64,000 nucleotides of DNA from contig JACKFO010000002.1 in NCBI GenBank assembly GCA_020632415.1, positions 23,244 through 87,243 on the forward strand, given 5' to 3'. Source of the DNA: Candidatus Nomurabacteria bacterium (GTDB lineage Bacteria; Patescibacteriota; Patescibacteriia; UBA1558; GWA2-36-10). The notes beneath the pieces were generated by a model, which did no database searches, was not told where the DNA came from, and saw nothing but the letters and a program-made list of their open reading frames with translations. The position numbers and the translations under genes are program-made. Positions 60,953 to 64,000 of the stretch are shown here, one piece after another (positions within the stretch are counted from its first letter, which is position 1; each line of letters starts with the position of its first letter).

Positions 60953-63900
60953 ATGTTGAAAAAATTACTAGCCACATTTTTACCGCTTAGCATCATCTTC
61001 TTTTGGCGAGCAGAACAAGTTTTTGCTCAAGCCACTGATGGTTTTGGGGTTAATGATTTAGTTAATTCCAATTTAGGGACCAGAGACGTTGTTGGCATCG
61101 TCAATAGCTTAATTAACATCTTCTTGGGTTTCTTGGGGATTATTGCAGTAATTTTGATTATTTACGGTGGCTGGCTCTGGATGACTTCTCAAGGAAGCGC
61201 AGAGCAAATTCAAAAAGCAAAGTTGTTGATCACTAGCGCAGTCATTGGTTTGATCATTATCATGTCTTCTTATTTGATTGCTCGTTTTGTAATTTCTAAG
61301 ATTGTTGACGCAACAGGAGCCGGCGGGGGTGAAGGTGGCTCAGTGGTGATTATTCCACCACCAGTAACTATTCCGACCTGCCCTGAACCGATGGACGGAG
61401 ATGAGGTTAAAATTTGTAAAGTCAGGCCAGATGCTGATAGCGCGCCAGTTGGACAGTACATTACGATTGAAGGTTGGCATTTTGATGCTTATGGAGCTAA
61501 TAGCGCAGTAAAATTTGATAGTTTTTCAGCGGATTTAGTTTCTTGTGGCGGTATTGTTCGTTGGCAAGAAATTGATCCGGTCCATTATCCGGGATATTTT
61601 AGAGTTAAGGCAATTGTTCCGAATATTGCTTTGGGTGATTATAAAATAAATGTTTTTAGCAACGATGGTTGGAATGGTTCTTACCCAGAAGGCCCAGTAG
61701 ATTTTTTTGAAGTTGTTGCTGGAACGCCTGGTCCAGGAATCGCTTGTCTGGTGCCAAACGTTCAAGAACGTGGTTTAGCTATAGATATTCAAGGAATTGG
61801 TTTTTCTTCTGCTGGTACGATTACAATGACTGGTTGGGACGGTAACAATCAAGTTGATCTTGATTTTGATGATTTTGATTCCTGGTCAGACACTTTGATT
61901 AATAATGCGATTATTCCAATTTCTGCTTTATCAAGTGACCTGACAGTGACAGTGAGTGGTTTGACTTCAGGCCCAGAGTGGCTTCAAGTTTATTGTGGAG
62001 ATGCGAGTTTTTGTGCCTCTGGCTGTTGCGCTGCTAATTCTTGTGTTGATGCTAGCGCTTGCTTCACTGCCGCGATTCTTGAAGAAGGTGGTCCAATTAT
62101 TGATCGTATTTCACCAGAGCAAGGTGCTGAAGGAAATATTATTACTGTTTATGGTCGTAACTTTGGCGATAATCCTGGCTCAGTAGTTTTTGAAAACAAT
62201 GTCGGCGGAGAAGTTTCCGGCCTTAATCCAGCAGATGTTAACGCAGAATGTACGCAATATTGGAGCGATGAAATGATCGTTGTCGTTGTACCGGATAACC
62301 TTAGAGATTCAGAGGCAAAAGTTTGGGTTAGAGATCAAGATGGAAATGATAGTAATTTTAAATTTTTTGATGACAGTTTTGGATCTTTGCCAAGTCTTTG
62401 TCGTTTAGAGCCTTTGTCTGGTTCTTTTGAGGATTTAATCACTTTATACGGCATAAAATTCAATGTTGGAGACAAAGCTTCTTTTGGTGGCGTCTTAGAT
62501 CACGATACAGTAATCTTAAGCGACGAAAAAGCCGAGACTAAAGTACCAAATTTAGAAGCTGGAGAGCTTGCGCTTGTTTTGCAAACAGCAAGCGGTGATA
62601 AGGGCAATGCCTTGCCATTTACAGCAGAAGATCAAGCAGGGGGCGATCCGGTGATTAATCAAATTAGTCCAGACAATGGTCCAAAAGGACAATATTTAAC
62701 TATCTTTGGCGCTAATTTCGGTAATGCCATCGGAACAGTTACTTTCAAAAGAGGTGGCGTAGATACTCTGGGAGACTTTAGTTTTCCAGCACAATGTTCT
62801 GACTCTTATTGGAGTAACTCTAGCATTGTTGTTAAAGTGCCAAGTAGTTTGTCGGCAGCAAATGACTATCAGATAGTTGTCAAAAGAAGTAGTGATGGAA
62901 AAATTAGTAACCAAAAGCAATTTGCTGTTGTTTTAGGAACTGCCGGTCCTGGCTTATGTTCATTGCAGCCAGACAATGGTCCGGCTAACGATTCTTTTGC
63001 GATTAATTTAGCAGGAGATAATTTTGGCAACTCCAGTGATGTTGTTAGATTTTTTGATAATCAAACAGCAAATATTAATACTTGGGAAAATCAATATATT
63101 AATGCTCGCGTTCCGCTTAATGCTCAGACTGGTCCGGTAGTAGTTGAGAATGATGGAGTAGTAAGTAATGCTTTAAATTTTGAAGTTGGCTCTTGTAGTG
63201 TTGATAGTGACTGCGGAGCAGGCTATGAATGTTGTTTTCAGGGTACGGGAAATTATTGTGCTTTAGCTGGCTCTTGTCCAGGAGCGCAAAGTTGTGAGTA
63301 TTCATGGACTTTGACGACTGTTGCTGATCCTTTTGGTCTTAAAAAAACTTATCAATGTGAAAATAATTTGCAATCGCCATCTCCTTGGCCTGACGCTTTG
63401 GACGGAGAAGAGTCTCGGTCAGCTTATTTGGATGCAAATGTCGCAGCTTTGTTTACTAGAGATGTTTTGGATAGTGATATCAACTCGACAAATGTCAGAG
63501 TGCAGGCCTGTAATTTTGGTGGTGAATTTGACCCATCTGCCTGTTCTGGTCTGCTTGTTGGTGATTTGTCAATCATTAATCATGATAGCGATCAAGAAGG
63601 TTTTGTTTTTAATCCAGCTGCCAATCTGGATCCTAATCGTTGGTATGTTGTAAAGTTAGGAGTTTTTCATAGTCAGCTTGGCTTTGACATTTGGGATGGT
63701 AATAGTTTTGATTGGCATTTTAGAACACAGGATACAACTTGTCAGGTAACAAGCATTCAAGTCACACCAACGCTTAGTCCGCAAGCTGATCTTTACCTTG
63801 GTGATAGTAAATTTTTCTATGCTACACCACAGGGATCAAATTGTAATGTTTGTGGATCAAATTATAATTGGGAAGATTGGGAGTTGCCAGTGCCAATTGA

Positions 63901-64000
63901 TAATTCTCGAGCAAATATTATTTTTCAAGAAACCGCGAATGTAAATATTTCTCGAGCGCTTTTAGAAGGTCTGCAGGTTACTGAAAATTCTCCAGTGCCG
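60953..64000 (+). CDS. large paralogous pilin-domain surface protein (5' partial; continues past window end) with IPT/TIG-like repeats
   Basis: N-terminus AQATDGFGVNDLV...GGWLWMTSQGSAEQIQKAK...SYLIARF is homologous to 59320; an uninterrupted ORF of >1000 codons to the window edge; repeated ISP(E/D)xGxxGxxxTxxGxNFG units. Confidence 0.6.
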   Translation, partial: MLKKLLATFLPLSIIFFWRAEQVFAQATDGFGVNDLVNSNLGTRDVVGIVNSLINIFLGFLGIIAVILIIYGGWLWMTSQGSAEQIQKAKLLITSAVIGLIIIMSSYLIARFVISKIVDATGAGGGEGGSVVIIPPPVTIPTCPEPMDGDEVKICKVRPDADSAPVGQYITIEGWHFDAYGANSAVKFDSFSADLVSCGGIVRWQEIDPVHYPGYFRVKAIVPNIALGDYKINVFSNDGWNGSYPEGPVDFFEVVAGTPGPGIACLVPNVQERGLAIDIQGIGFSSAGTITMTGWDGNNQVDLDFDDFDSWSDTLINNAIIPISALSSDLTVTVSGLTSGPEWLQVYCGDASFCASGCCAANSCVDASACFTAAILEEGGPIIDRISPEQGAEGNIITVYGRNFGDNPGSVVFENNVGGEVSGLNPADVNAECTQYWSDEMIVVVVPDNLRDSEAKVWVRDQDGNDSNFKFFDDSFGSLPSLCRLEPLSGSFEDLITLYGIKFNVGDKASFGGVLDHDTVILSDEKAETKVPNLEAGELALVLQTASGDKGNALPFTAEDQAGGDPVINQISPDNGPKGQYLTIFGANFGNAIGTVTFKRGGVDTLGDFSFPAQCSDSYWSNSSIVVKVPSSLSAANDYQIVVKRSSDGKISNQKQFAVVLGTAGPGLCSLQPDNGPANDSFAINLAGDNFGNSSDVVRFFDNQTANINTWENQYINARVPLNAQTGPVVVENDGVVSNALNFEVGSCSVDSDCGAGYECCFQGTGNYCALAGSCPGAQSCEYSWTLTTVADPFGLKKTYQCENNLQSPSPWPDALDGEESRSAYLDANVAALFTRDVLDSDINSTNVRVQACNFGGEFDPSACSGLLVGDLSIINHDSDQEGFVFNPAANLDPNRWYVVKLGVFHSQLGFDIWDGNSFDWHFRTQDTTCQVTSIQVTPTLSPQADLYLGDSKFFYATPQGSNCNVCGSNYNWEDWELPVPIDNSRANIIFQETANVNISRALLEGLQVTENSPVP

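Overview
This is a low-GC window (about one-third GC by eye), densely packed with short intergenic spacers and almost entirely + strand. Its gene content looks like a small, reduced genome of the Patescibacteria/CPR type; that assignment is inference from content, not a database hit. Most of the window is conserved housekeeping. It carries aminoacyl-tRNA synthetases (ileS, glyQS, metG, pheST, hisS), recO, dprA, tgt, a ClpC-like AAA+ ATPase, a complete F-type ATP synthase operon (atpI-like, then B, E, F, H, A, G, D, C) and gyrB. It also carries secE-nusG-rplK-rplA, pepA, pth, der, an LCP protein, lepB, and rpsU followed by a GatB/YqeY gene. No rRNA, tRNA, CRISPR array, integrase or transposase was recognised.

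The regions that look non-housekeeping are:
1. A ~2.1 kb high-GC, unameliorated two-gene island (about 13330-15440). It encodes a secreted beta-helix-like protein ending in a T9SS-type C-terminal sorting domain and a lipoprotein. It sits between the ClpC-like terminator and the glyQS promoter.
2. A ~0.6 kb micro-island (about 38750-39363) of three tiny ORFs with strong Shine-Dalgarno (SD) sites. It lies immediately upstream of a single-chain UvrD-type helicase fused to a Cys-cluster PD-(D/E)xK nuclease.
3. A 2019-aa multidomain surface protein (LamG-like, FN3 repeats, SGNH/SASA-type esterase, C-terminal peptidoglycan-binding domain). It contains near-identical tandem DNA repeats and a duplicated ~0.8 kb module.
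4. Two tandem paralogous large secreted proteins at the 3' end of the window. Their conserved N-terminal domain resembles a TrbC/VirB2-type pilin.
5. A TGT (queuine tRNA-ribosyltransferase) in which all four canonical zinc ligands are replaced.
6. A GC-rich, hairpin-dense ~290 bp intergenic block between the convergent pepA and pth genes. It may be a structured RNA.

Host genes mostly lack SD sequences, whereas both islands carry strong ones.

All calls rest on reading the sequence and recalled family signatures; no searches were run.
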